A stretch of DNA of 64,000 nt from Rikenellaceae bacterium (GTDB taxonomy: Bacteria > Bacteroidota > Bacteroidia > Bacteroidales > Rikenellaceae). Positions 26,399 to 36,234 of this stretch are shown here, piece by piece (the first letter of the stretch is position 1; every line of letters starts with the position of its first letter). The notes beneath the pieces were generated by a model. That model was not told the origin of the DNA. It saw only the letters and a program-made list of their open reading frames with translations, and ran no database searches. The translations under genes were made by a program, and so were the position numbers. The DNA lies in contig SUZD01000010.1 in assembly GCA_015060105.1 (NCBI GenBank), forward strand, positions 5,503 to 69,502, read 5' to 3'.

Positions 26399-29300
26399 AT
26401 GCCGCAATTCGTTCACTTGCACGTACATACGCAATATTCAATCCTCGATGGAGCCTCTGATATCAAAAAAATCGTCGCTCGCGCCAAAGAGTTGGATATG
26501 CCTGCACTTGCAATTACCGACCACGGTAATATGTATGGTGTCAAGGAGTTTCACGACGTAGCAACCAAGGCGGGAGTCAAACCAATCCTCGGTTGCGAGG
26601 TCTATGTCGTAAAAAACCGCTTCGAGAAGGATAAAGACGAGAAGGCGGGCGACCACCTCGTACTTCTTGCCAAGAACAAAAAAGGCTACCAAAACCTCTG
26701 TAAAATCGTCTCCTACTCGTGGACCGAGGGATTTTATTATAAACCTCGTGTGGATAAGGAGCTTTTGAGGTTGTATAATGAGGGTCTGATATGTAGTTCG
26801 GCTTGTTTGGGAGGCGAGATTCCCCAACTCATAATGCGAGGCGACTTGGCGGGCGCCGAGGCTGCCGTTTTGGAGTTCAAAGAGATTTTTGGCGACGACT
26901 ACTACCTCGAAATGCAGCTCCACAAGGCGGGCGATGAGCGTGACGAGCATGTCTATATTCATCAACTCGAAGTCAATCGTGAGCTTCGCCGACTTGCTGC
27001 CAAACACAATATCAAACTTATCTGCTCCAACGACGTTCACTTCGTAATGAAAGATGACGCCGAGGCGCACGACCTGCTCATCTGTCTGAATACCAACCGC
27101 TATGTCGATGAGCCCAATCGTATGCGCTACACCTTCCAAGAGTATCTCAAAAGCGCCGACGAGATGGCGGAGCTCTTCCCCGACGATGCCGAGGCGTTGG
27201 CCAATACGTTGGAGATTGCCGACAAAGTCGAGGAGTACAAGATTACTCACGCTCCGTTGATGCCCGACTTTCCGCCTCCTCCCGATTTTCATATCGATTT
27301 GGACGAGGTGCGCGGCTCGATGCTTAAAAAGGTCGAGGACGAGGCTCTCAAAGAGAGATGTCTTGCTGCGGCGTCGCTCGAAGAGTTGGAGAAAGTGGCG
27401 GCCGAGGGCGGGCAGACCGAGCTTCTTGATGTTGCCAAGCAGTATTGTTACTTGCGGGCGTTGGCGTACGATGGTTGTCGTAAGAGATACTGCTCGGAGA
27501 GCAAGCCCGAACTGTCGGACGAGGAGCGCGAGCGTTTGGAGTATGAGCTGGCGACCATCGAGCGTATGGGATTCCCGGGTTACTTCCTTATCGTGTGGGA
27601 CTTTATCCGTGCTGCGCGCGAGATGGGCGTATCGGTAGGTCCGGGTCGTGGTTCGGCTGCGGGCTCAATGGTGGCATACGCGCTCAAAATCACAAATATA
27701 GACCCGCTGAAATACCACCTTCTGTTTGAGCGTTTCCTAAATCCCGACCGTATCTCGTTGCCCGATGTCGATGTCGATTTCGACGAGGACGGCCGTGCCG
27801 ATGTGCTCAACTATGTGACCGAAAAATATGGCAAAAAGCGTGTGGCGCAAATTGTAACCTATGGTACAATGGCAACCAAGTTGGCTATCAAAGACGTTGC
27901 CCGCGTGCTGCGTGTGCCTATTGCCGAGAGTGACCGCCTGACCAAGATGGTGCCCGACCGTATCGACAAAGAGAAGGGCGAAACACCATTCCACGCAGTA
28001 TATCGTACGGTGCCCGAGTTTAAGCACGAGGCCGAGGAGGGTGAGCCTTCGATTCGCGCAACATTGAAGTTTGCCGAGCAGCTCGAAGGTCAAGTGCGCC
28101 AAACGGGTGTACACGCTTGCGGTGTGATTATCGGTAAAGATGACCTCGAATTGTTCGCTCCGCTCTCGACCGTCAAGGATAAGGAGAGCAAGGAAGAGGT
28201 CTATAAGAATGTGGTGCAGTATGAGGGTAAGCAGGTTGAGAGCGTCGGTCTTATCAAGATGGACTTCCTCGGTTTGCGTACTCTGTCGATTATCAAGGAC
28301 GCATTGAAGAATGTGGAGCGTACGCGCGGTTTCTGGTACGATATTGACAGTGTGCCTCTTGATGATGTGCCTACCTATGAACTTTTCAGCCGTGGCGATA
28401 CGACGGGTCTGTTCCAATTTGAGTCGGCCGGTATGAAAAAATATATGCGCCAGCTTAAACCGACCCGTTTCGAGGACCTGATTGCGATGAACGCACTCTA
28501 TCGACCCGGCCCAATGGACTATATTCCCGACTTCATTGCGCGTAAGAACGGCTTGCAACCCGTGACTTACGACCTGAATGGTATGGAGGAGTATTTGAGC
28601 GATACCTATGGTATTACGGTCTATCAGGAGCAGGTGATGTTGCTGTCGCAGAAGTTGGGCGGCTTCACGGGTGGTGAGGCCGATACCCTGCGTAAAGCGA
28701 TGGGTAAGAAGATGCGTGACGTGCTGGATAAGATGAAACCCAAGTTTATCGAGGGTGCAACCGAGCGCGGACACGATGCCAAGGTGTGCGAAAAGGTGTG
28801 GGCCGATTGGGAGGCGTTTGCTTCGTACGCCTTCAACAAGTCGCACGCAACCTGCTACGCCTATGTGGCCTACCAAACGGGTTATCTGAAAGCGCACTAT
28901 CCGAGTGAGTTTATGGCTGCGTTGTTGAGCCGTAACTTTACCGACCTGAAAACCGTAACGCTCTATATGCAGGAGTGCAAGCGTATGGGTATCAATGTTA
29001 TGGGTCCCGATGTCAATGAGAGCTACAATGTCTTTACAGCCGACAAGCAGGGCAATGTACGCTTTGGTATGGCGGCAATCAAGGGTGTGGGCGATGGCGC
29101 TGTGATGGAGATTGTGGCAGAGCGCGAGCGTGGAGGCCGTTTTGTCGATATTTATGACTTTGTGGAGAGGGTTAATCTGTCGGCCGTAAACCGCAAAGTG
29201 ATAGATTGTCTGGCTATGGCGGGCGCTTTCGACAGCATTATAGACTTCCCGCGTGACCGTTTCTTCATTAAGCGTGGCGATATGAGTTTCTCGGAGGAGT

Positions 29301-30079
29301 TGGTGCGTTATGGCAACCGTCACCGCGAGGAGCGTGAGAATACACAACGCAGTCTGTTTGATATGTTTGATGACGCCTCGGCCGAGGTGCCCAAACCCGA
29401 AGTTCCGCAATACAACGACCCGCAAGTGGAGCGATGGGGACGACTGCAAACCCTTTCAAATGAGAAGATTGCGGTCGGAATGTATCTGTCGGCTCACCCG
29501 CTGGACGACTATGCCGTAATCATCGACAGCATGTGTAACATTGTGCCCGAGCAACTCAATAATCTGCCCGAATTGAATGGTAGTGATGTAACCTTTGCGG
29601 GTATTGTGACCTCGGTGCAAGTGATGCGAAACAAGAGCGATAAAGAGTATTGTCGTTTCAAGTTGGAGGGCTATGACGGTACCGAGTGCGAGATAATGCT
29701 CTTCAATAAAGATTTCGAGAAGTTCCGCGACAAACTCTATGTGAACTACTTTATCTATGTGTCGGGCAAGGTGATGACTCCGAAGTATAGCCCCGACCGA
29801 GTTGTGTTGAATATCAATAGCATACAGAAGTTGGAGGACGTGGAGCGCAACGCCGTCAAGAAGATTACGGTGGCGGTGCCTGCCCGTATGGTCGATAAGG
29901 AGTTTAGCGAGGAGTTTGCCAAGGCTGTCAATGAGAGCAAGGGACACATATCGCTGTGTGTGAATATTTACAGCGGCCAGGTGTCGCAACGTATGATTTC
30001 GCGTACCAAGCGAGTCAAGTTGAGCCGAGAATTTGTGGCTTTCCTCAAAGATAACAACCTCAAATATACACTTTCGTAA
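26399..30079 (+). CDS. dnaE: DNA polymerase III alpha subunit
   Basis: MPQFVHLHVHTQYSILDG (PHP domain), GRGSAAGS, DFDxxxR, and an OB domain near the C-terminus. I used the ATG at 26399. Confidence 0.97.
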   Translation: MPQFVHLHVHTQYSILDGASDIKKIVARAKELDMPALAITDHGNMYGVKEFHDVATKAGVKPILGCEVYVVKNRFEKDKDEKAGDHLVLLAKNKKGYQNLCKIVSYSWTEGFYYKPRVDKELLRLYNEGLICSSACLGGEIPQLIMRGDLAGAEAAVLEFKEIFGDDYYLEMQLHKAGDERDEHVYIHQLEVNRELRRLAAKHNIKLICSNDVHFVMKDDAEAHDLLICLNTNRYVDEPNRMRYTFQEYLKSADEMAELFPDDAEALANTLEIADKVEEYKITHAPLMPDFPPPPDFHIDLDEVRGSMLKKVEDEALKERCLAAASLEELEKVAAEGGQTELLDVAKQYCYLRALAYDGCRKRYCSESKPELSDEERERLEYELATIERMGFPGYFLIVWDFIRAAREMGVSVGPGRGSAAGSMVAYALKITNIDPLKYHLLFERFLNPDRISLPDVDVDFDEDGRADVLNYVTEKYGKKRVAQIVTYGTMATKLAIKDVARVLRVPIAESDRLTKMVPDRIDKEKGETPFHAVYRTVPEFKHEAEEGEPSIRATLKFAEQLEGQVRQTGVHACGVIIGKDDLELFAPLSTVKDKESKEEVYKNVVQYEGKQVESVGLIKMDFLGLRTLSIIKDALKNVERTRGFWYDIDSVPLDDVPTYELFSRGDTTGLFQFESAGMKKYMRQLKPTRFEDLIAMNALYRPGPMDYIPDFIARKNGLQPVTYDLNGMEEYLSDTYGITVYQEQVMLLSQKLGGFTGGEADTLRKAMGKKMRDVLDKMKPKFIEGATERGHDAKVCEKVWADWEAFASYAFNKSHATCYAYVAYQTGYLKAHYPSEFMAALLSRNFTDLKTVTLYMQECKRMGINVMGPDVNESYNVFTADKQGNVRFGMAAIKGVGDGAVMEIVAERERGGRFVDIYDFVERVNLSAVNRKVIDCLAMAGAFDSIIDFPRDRFFIKRGDMSFSEELVRYGNRHREERENTQRSLFDMFDDASAEVPKPEVPQYNDPQVERWGRLQTLSNEKIAVGMYLSAHPLDDYAVIIDSMCNIVPEQLNNLPELNGSDVTFAGIVTSVQVMRNKSDKEYCRFKLEGYDGTECEIMLFNKDFEKFRDKLYVNYFIYVSGKVMTPKYSPDRVVLNINSIQKLEDVERNAVKKITVAVPARMVDKEFSEEFAKAVNESKGHISLCVNIYSGQVSQRMISRTKRVKLSREFVAFLKDNNLKYTLS

Positions 30080-30121
30080 TTCAGTAAAAATCAAATAATT
30101 AACAACTAAAAAGCTAAAACT

Positions 30122-30436
30122 ATGGAAATTGAAGTAACAAAAAACAACATCGAAGAGTTGCTCTCTTCGGAACTTCCGTTGATGATTGATTTCTGGGCAG
30201 AGTGGTGCGGCCCTTGCCGTATGATTTCGCCCGTAGTCGAGGAACTTGCAGCCGAGTATAACGGCAAAATCAACATCGGCAAATGTAATGTCGATGAGGA
30301 GGCCGAGGTTACCGAGCATTTCAAAATTCGCAATATCCCGACACTGCTCTTCTTCAAGGGTGGCGAGATGGTAGATAAACACGTTGGCGCAGCTACCAAA
30401 GCACAACTTGCCGACAAATTGAATGCGCTGCTCTAA
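30122..30436 (+). CDS. trxA: Thioredoxin
   Basis: 104 aa with the WAEWCGPCR active site. Confidence 0.93.
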   Translation: MEIEVTKNNIEELLSSELPLMIDFWAEWCGPCRMISPVVEELAAEYNGKINIGKCNVDEEAEVTEHFKIRNIPTLLFFKGGEMVDKHVGAATKAQLADKLNALL

Positions 30437-30461
30437 AAAAATACAATTTAACAAAGTTAAA

Positions 30462-30493
30462 TTTGTAAAACGACAAAAAAAATCATAATTTTG
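30462..30493 (+). promoter_or_regulatory. Candidate promoter of the 1546-aa lipoprotein gene (and possibly the downstream nuclease operon)
   Basis: TTTG (30462-30465), a 20-nt spacer, then TAatTTTG (30486-30493), 60 nt upstream of the ATG. Confidence 0.5.
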
Positions 30494-30553
30494 CTACTGT
30501 TCGTAAGTATAATGGGTGCGAAAGCAAAAAATGATTAACCAATAAATAAAACT

Positions 30554-33500
30554 ATGGCAAAACAACTTTTTTCTTATGTGAAGAGCCTGTTGATGAGTGC
30601 ATTGGTGCTCTCGTCTGTGGCATTTGTGGGTTGCGAAGAGGAAGGTCAAGGTGATGGTCCTGGCGGTCTTCCTACATTGGCAATCGTAACCGAGGAGGGT
30701 GAAGAGGTTAGTGAGCTGACCATTAACGCTCCTATCGAAGGTATAACTTACACCTTCGGAGTTAAAACCAACGCTACAAGTTGGAACGCTACTTGTGAGG
30801 CCGACTGGGTGGAGCTTACAAAGAGCAATGGTGTTGTAACCGTAACAGTTGCCGCTAATGAGGGTGACGTTCGTAGCACCGAGATTAGCCTTACCACTTC
30901 GTCGCTCAAACGCGTTATCACCGTGCTTCAAGACGGCGAGATGGATATTGATGCAATCTACTACGAGGCGTTTGGTGCCGTTGAGGCAACCAAAACTTAC
31001 GGCTCGACAGGTACCTATTGGCCCTATGTTGACCAATTCTTCGATGACGGCAAGATGACCGTTGCAGGTGAGGGTGCATCTGCTGTGACTTACTATGGTA
31101 ACAGCGTATCGGTTCGTCCTACAATGGCTTCGAGCGATTATGAGGGTGCTTCGGGTGTGAACTCGTGCTTGTTCAGCAACGGTAAAGCCGACGCATATCT
31201 TATCGTTGAGGGTATTGCTTTGGGTGGTGCTACTCAATTGCAATTGTCGTTTGGTGTTAGCCACAGCGCAGGTCAAAACGTATATACTACCATGAAAGAG
31301 AGCGATATCGAGGTTTCGATTAGCGCAAATGGTAGCGACTATGTGGCAGTTCCTGTAACACTCCCCACCGTTGACGCTTGGGGTGTGGCAACTTCGGAGT
31401 TTGCTGTTTCGTCGGAGGTTTCGACACTCTACATCAAATTCAACGTTCCTGTGAACGCCGAGGACCAAAGCGCAATCCGTGTTGATGATATCAAACTCGT
31501 TGAGGGTGGCGCAGGTGCATTGGTTGATTTGGATACTTCGTCTTCGGTCGAGGTTACTCTTCCCACCACTGCACTGGATACCTTCCAAGATACCTTCCAA
31601 ACCGTAACTAACTACGAGGTTTACAAATCGGAGAACTGGTGGTTCACTTCGAACGACCGCAAATATCCTGCTACACCCAGCTTGGGCTGGCACGGTCGTA
31701 CCTATGGCACCGACGCTTATATCTCGATTGCTCCTTACCAAAGTTCTCAAACCGAGGTTTTGGCATTCGCAGGTACCTTGCTGAATGTGAAAGCGGCTGC
31801 CAACAAGACTTTGGCTTTCCAATTGGCTATCTACTACCAAACCGAGGACCAAAGCAAACTCGAATTGGTTGCTTCGACCGACTTTGCAGGCGACGTTACT
31901 ACTGCCACTTGGGAGGTTGTTCAAGATTTGACATTCCCCGCTGCTTCGACCATGAACGAGTGGAAAGACTACTCGGTTGATTTGTCGAAATATGCCGAGA
32001 ACGACAAAGTTTATGTTGCTTGGCGTTATACCGGTAAGAGCAACACCTACCGTTTGGATAACGTAGCGTTCAACGCCGAGATTAGCGACGAGCCTATCGT
32101 TGATGAGACTTCGGTTTCGATTCCTTTCGTGCTCGATGGTACCAAAGGTAAAGAGCAAATCGATACTATGGACGGTGTAACCCAATTCGGTTTGGGCGAG
32201 AACTACAAGAATGGTAACATCAAGTTCGGTTCGGACCAAGCTTGCATCTGCATCCACGCAAACGCTGCTATCGGTACTGCAATGGTTGAGGCTTATGCAA
32301 CCGGTGACGCTACTACCAACGCATTCGAGTTCTTGGGCTCGGTTGATGGCGTAGAGTACACCCGTATCGACAGCGTGACTATGAGCGAGGGTAAGAATGT
32401 CGTTCAACAAGTTTCGACAACAAGCGAGATTCCTTCGGACGTTCGCTTCATCAAGATTGTATATCACAAAGTATCGGGTAGCGGTACCAATGCTTCGGTT
32501 AGCAAAATCGTTTTGGCTGCTCCTGGTGGTAGTGTTGAGGTTCCCGAGATTAAGGTTTCGCCCGAGAAGATTGAGGCTCCTGCCGAGGGTGCGACTGCAA
32601 CTCTTACTTATGAGCTTAAAAACTTTATTGGCGAGGTTGTTCCCGAGTTCGCTTGCGAGGCTGATTGGGTAACTATTGGCGAGGTTTCGGAAGGTGCAGT
32701 TGAGGTTACCGTTGCCGAGAATACAGGCGCAGAGGGCCGCGAGGCTACCATTACCGTTACCGTTGCTGGTATCGAGGGTAGCGTTGAGGTTGCCGTATCG
32801 CAAGTTGGTACCGAGTATGTTGAGCCCGAGACTTTGAGCGTTGCCGAGGTTGTTGCTCTGTATGACGCAGACAATATCGAGGCTATCAATGCAGCGAAGA
32901 TGACCGGTTATGTTGCTCTCGTTGCCGAGGACGCATCGCAAGGTATTTCGGCTCGTTCGTTGTTGGTTGTCGATAACACTGGCGCAAAGAATAGTGGTCT
33001 TATGCTCTACAACATTACAGGCACAGGTCTTGCTGCCGGAGATAAAGTTACCGTTGATCTTTCGACTGCCGAGATTGCAACCTACAACGGTTTGCGTGAG
33101 TTGAAAGGCTTCACCGTTAGCCAATTTACCAAAGTCGAGGGCGAGAGCGCAACTATCGCTCCCGTTGAGATTGCAGCTGCCGAGTTGGGCGACTACCAAT
33201 CGATGTTGGTTTCGATTAAAGATGTTCAGGCTGTTGAATCGGCCGTAGGTTATGTATTCTGTACAGCAGATAAGGGTTATACCACCAAATTTACCGATGG
33301 CACTACCGAGATTGCAGTATATTGTACCAAACAAATGACCGCCTTGAACGATGTTGAGGTTGGCGCACAAACCGCTACCATCACAGGTTGGGTTGGTTGC
33401 TACAATACTCCTCAACTTATTCCCACCGTTGAGAGCGCAATGCAATTTGCTGCAACTGCACAACCTTCGTTAGCTGTTACTCCTACTTCGGTAGAGGTTG

Positions 33501-35194
33501 TAGCCGCAGGTGCAACAACAACTCTTACCTACGAGCTTAAAAACTTCGTTGGCACAGCCGTTCCCGAGTTCGCTTGCGAGGCTGATTGGATTACCATTGG
33601 CGAGGTTTCGGAAGGTGCTGTTGAAGTTACCGTTGCCGAGAACACAAGTGAGGAGAGCCGTGAGGCTACCATTACCGTTACCGTTGCAGGTATCGAGGGT
33701 AGCGTTGAGGTTGCCGTATCGCAAGTTGGCACCGAGTATGTTGAGCCCGAGGCGTTGAGTGTTGCCGAGGTTGTTGCTCTGTATGATGCTGGTAATATCG
33801 AGGCTATCAAGGCTGCCAAGATGAGCGGTTATGTTGCCCTCGTTGCCGAGGACGCATCGCAAGGTATCTCGGCTAAATCGATTCTCGTAGTTGATAACAC
33901 AGGCGAGAAGAATAGCGGTCTTATGCTCTACAACATCACAGGCACAGGTCTTGCTACCGGCGATAAAGTTACCGTTGATCTTTCGACTGCCGAGATTGCA
34001 ACCTACAACGGTTTGCGCGAGTTGAAAGGCTTCACCGTTAGCCAATTCACCAAAGTCGAGGGCGAGAGCGCAACCATCGCTCCCGTCGAGATTTCGGCTG
34101 CCGAGTTGGGCGATTACCAATCGATGTTGGTTTCGATTAAAGATGTTAAGGCTACCGACGCTGTGGTAGGTACTACCTTCTGTACCTCGTCCAAGAACAC
34201 CTCTTCGAAATTTACCGATGGCACCAACGAGTTCGTGGTTTATTGTAGCAAGGCTATGACCGAGTTGAACGATATGATTATCGGCTCGCAAACCGCTACT
34301 ATTACCGGTTGGGTTGGTTGCTACAACACTCCTCAACTTATCCCCACCATCGAGAGCGCGAAATTGTTCGAGAATAAAGAGGGTCTTATCCTTCTTACTC
34401 CCGCCGCTATCGAGATGACAGCCGAGGGTGGTTCGCAAAATGTAACTTTCGAGTTGCAAAACATCACCTCGACCGACCTCCCCACCTTCACAAGCGACGC
34501 TGCTTGGGTAACCTTTGGCGAGGTTTCGGCAGAGGGCGTTACCGTAACCGTTGCTGCTAACGAGGTAACCGAGGCTCGTTCGGCAACCGTTACTGCAACT
34601 CTTGGCGAGACAACTGCAACTTTGACCGTAACCCAAGAGGCTCTTGTTTTGGCAAAACTGCTCTACTCGACAGGCTTTGAGAGCGAAGAGGGCTTCACCG
34701 CAGGTCAAGTATATAACAACGAAGAGGCTGCTTTGAGTGGAGCTGATGGCCAACAATGGTCAACGATTTTCGGTACACCTTCGACAACCAAACCAATCGC
34801 AGGCACACAATCAATGCAAATGCGTTGCTACAAGGATAAAACAACGGCCGGAAGTTCAACTATGAACTTCGATTTGGAGGGTGTTTCGTATGTAGAGTTC
34901 GATGCACAAAACACTAACGGCGTTAATGTTCTTGTTCAATACTCGACCGATGGTGGCACAACCTGGACAGGCGACCAAACTTACACTTTGAATACACAAG
35001 CAGCAACCTACACTTACAATGTAAGTGAGGAGGGTGTAACAGCACGAGTTAAGTTCACTTTGGTTATCCCTGCATCGTTGTCTTCGACCAGTCGTTTATA
35101 TATCGACAATGTTAAAGTTTATGGCGCAGCACCTACCGTAGAGGAGGGTGGCGACATCGACTTTGGCGGTTCGGTAGGTTCGATTGTTGAGTAA
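30554..35194 (+). CDS. Giant surface lipoprotein: BACON-like modules, beta-sandwich (choice-of-anchor-J-like) modules and two OB/DUF5689-like modules
   Basis: 1546 aa with lipobox AFVGC followed by EEEGQGDG (acidic surface-export-type signal). The W..C.ADWV..T..VTV..N......A.ITV BACON-like pattern occurs 4 times. The tail is EEGGDIDFGGSVGSIVE. The minus ORFs 30494-33463 and 33470-34756 are shadows. Confidence 0.85.
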   Translation: MAKQLFSYVKSLLMSALVLSSVAFVGCEEEGQGDGPGGLPTLAIVTEEGEEVSELTINAPIEGITYTFGVKTNATSWNATCEADWVELTKSNGVVTVTVAANEGDVRSTEISLTTSSLKRVITVLQDGEMDIDAIYYEAFGAVEATKTYGSTGTYWPYVDQFFDDGKMTVAGEGASAVTYYGNSVSVRPTMASSDYEGASGVNSCLFSNGKADAYLIVEGIALGGATQLQLSFGVSHSAGQNVYTTMKESDIEVSISANGSDYVAVPVTLPTVDAWGVATSEFAVSSEVSTLYIKFNVPVNAEDQSAIRVDDIKLVEGGAGALVDLDTSSSVEVTLPTTALDTFQDTFQTVTNYEVYKSENWWFTSNDRKYPATPSLGWHGRTYGTDAYISIAPYQSSQTEVLAFAGTLLNVKAAANKTLAFQLAIYYQTEDQSKLELVASTDFAGDVTTATWEVVQDLTFPAASTMNEWKDYSVDLSKYAENDKVYVAWRYTGKSNTYRLDNVAFNAEISDEPIVDETSVSIPFVLDGTKGKEQIDTMDGVTQFGLGENYKNGNIKFGSDQACICIHANAAIGTAMVEAYATGDATTNAFEFLGSVDGVEYTRIDSVTMSEGKNVVQQVSTTSEIPSDVRFIKIVYHKVSGSGTNASVSKIVLAAPGGSVEVPEIKVSPEKIEAPAEGATATLTYELKNFIGEVVPEFACEADWVTIGEVSEGAVEVTVAENTGAEGREATITVTVAGIEGSVEVAVSQVGTEYVEPETLSVAEVVALYDADNIEAINAAKMTGYVALVAEDASQGISARSLLVVDNTGAKNSGLMLYNITGTGLAAGDKVTVDLSTAEIATYNGLRELKGFTVSQFTKVEGESATIAPVEIAAAELGDYQSMLVSIKDVQAVESAVGYVFCTADKGYTTKFTDGTTEIAVYCTKQMTALNDVEVGAQTATITGWVGCYNTPQLIPTVESAMQFAATAQPSLAVTPTSVEVVAAGATTTLTYELKNFVGTAVPEFACEADWITIGEVSEGAVEVTVAENTSEESREATITVTVAGIEGSVEVAVSQVGTEYVEPEALSVAEVVALYDAGNIEAIKAAKMSGYVALVAEDASQGISAKSILVVDNTGEKNSGLMLYNITGTGLATGDKVTVDLSTAEIATYNGLRELKGFTVSQFTKVEGESATIAPVEISAAELGDYQSMLVSIKDVKATDAVVGTTFCTSSKNTSSKFTDGTNEFVVYCSKAMTELNDMIIGSQTATITGWVGCYNTPQLIPTIESAKLFENKEGLILLTPAAIEMTAEGGSQNVTFELQNITSTDLPTFTSDAAWVTFGEVSAEGVTVTVAANEVTEARSATVTATLGETTATLTVTQEALVLAKLLYSTGFESEEGFTAGQVYNNEEAALSGADGQQWSTIFGTPSTTKPIAGTQSMQMRCYKDKTTAGSSTMNFDLEGVSYVEFDAQNTNGVNVLVQYSTDGGTTWTGDQTYTLNTQAATYTYNVSEEGVTARVKFTLVIPASLSSTSRLYIDNVKVYGAAPTVEEGGDIDFGGSVGSIVE
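32560..34400 (+). repeat. In-frame tandem duplication (2 x 921 bp = 307 aa) within the giant lipoprotein gene
   Basis: CTCTTAC..GAGCTTAAAAAC occurs at 32601 and again at 33522. Each unit is BACON-like plus OB/DUF5689-like. Many of the differences are synonymous third-position changes. Confidence 0.9.
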
Positions 35195-35216
35195 CCAAAC
35201 ACTTAAAGTATTCACT

Positions 35217-35256
35217 CAAAAGGGTAGAGGGGAAGTCTCCTCTCTACCTTTTGGGT
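35217..35256 (+). terminator. Hairpin with T-run between the giant gene and the nuclease gene (terminator or attenuator)
   Basis: AAAAGGGTAGAGG..CCTCTCTACCTTTTGGG, an imperfect stem with a 2-nt bulge. Confidence 0.5.
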
Positions 35257-35281
35257 GTTTTGAAATCAAAAGAGACCGAAG

Positions 35282-36175
35282 ATGAAACTGCGAGTAGCCA
35301 GATTGTTGAGCGTGATTGTTTTGTGTGCCGTGATGGCATTGGAGGGTTGTATGCCGACCACTCCACCATCGTTGTCGCGCCACGAAAATATCATTCCCCC
35401 GACACGCACGTTGGTCAATTCCGATGGTCAGACGGTTGAGCATAATTGGCTCGAACTGCCCGATATTAGTGGCAAGAGTGAGTCGCAAAAGTTTGTCACA
35501 CACTATACCACAATCGGAGGAAAGCGCGTGCGCAACTACTCGATGTTGTTCGATACCGAGCATCGCGTTGCGCTGTGGGTCGCTTACCCGCTGCACCAAT
35601 GCTATCTGGGTACAACAGCCCGCACAAATGCGTGGGATTGGGACCCGAAATTCTCCGAATCGGTACAACCGCAAGTCGCATACGGCTCTTTTGGCAACCC
35701 CTATCAACGCGGACACCAAATCCCTTCGGCAGACCGCCTTGTCAGCTACGAGGCCAATGCCCAAACCTTCTATGTTACCAACCAGACCGCCCAAAACGGA
35801 ACGCTGAATGGTAATATGTGGGCAGACTTGGAGGGCTGGGTGCGCACCAAAATTTGCAAAGATACACTCTATGTCGTCACGGGTTGCGTCGTACCCCCGA
35901 CGGGTGGCGAGCGTCGCCGCGAGGCCACCGTACCACAAGCCTATTTCAAGGCTCTGTTGCGTACGCAGAACGGCTCGTGGGGCGTTTATGCCTCGGACGA
36001 CAATGCAACCTGTATCGCATTCTGGGTGGAGAACAAGAGCAACACATCGCAGGTGTCGTCGAAACAGGCTATGAGCGTAGCCGACCTCGAAGACCGCCTC
36101 GGATACGAACTCTTCCCCGCCATCTCCCGTCGCATCAAGGAGCAGTTTACTCCGTCGCGATGGGCGCTTAAATAG
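35282..36175 (+). CDS. DNA/RNA non-specific endonuclease (beta-beta-alpha-Me, Serratia NucA-like), lipoprotein
   Basis: 297 aa with lipobox ALEGC, the active-site block YQRGHQIPSADR, and downstream TNQTAQNGTLNGNMWADLE (metal-binding Asn region). Confidence 0.9.
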   Translation: MKLRVARLLSVIVLCAVMALEGCMPTTPPSLSRHENIIPPTRTLVNSDGQTVEHNWLELPDISGKSESQKFVTHYTTIGGKRVRNYSMLFDTEHRVALWVAYPLHQCYLGTTARTNAWDWDPKFSESVQPQVAYGSFGNPYQRGHQIPSADRLVSYEANAQTFYVTNQTAQNGTLNGNMWADLEGWVRTKICKDTLYVVTGCVVPPTGGERRREATVPQAYFKALLRTQNGSWGVYASDDNATCIAFWVENKSNTSQVSSKQAMSVADLEDRLGYELFPAISRRIKEQFTPSRWALK

Positions 36176-36234
36176 CAGAAAACCTTCGCGTTGAGTGTCG
36201 CTGTGCGTACTCGATGACGATTTAATTATACTCT

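Noticed and set aside
30441-30467. AT-rich near-palindrome TACAATTTAAC-AAA-GTTAAATTTGTA after trxA, considered as a terminator or operator
   Set aside because: The stem is weak and all A/T with an indel, and no T-run follows. It overlaps the candidate -33 box, so I cannot separate a structural role from promoter sequence.
30494-34756. 989-aa and 428-aa ORFs on the minus strand, opposite the 1546-aa gene
   Set aside because: These are shadow ORFs in the codon-aligned antisense frame. There are no start context, motifs or terminators for them, and the + frame has a lipobox and recognisable repeated domains.
35100-35194. T9SS C-terminal sorting domain on the giant proteins
   Set aside because: The shared tail is only about 13 residues, not an approximately 80-aa beta-sandwich CTD, and the proteins carry lipoprotein signal peptides.
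35216-35938. 240-aa minus-strand ORF overlapping the nuclease gene, and similar ORFs at 36226-37038, 40193-41347, 44772-45830, 46101-46676 and 50755-51630
   Set aside because: They lie antisense to genes with clear catalytic motifs or signal peptides and have no supporting features.
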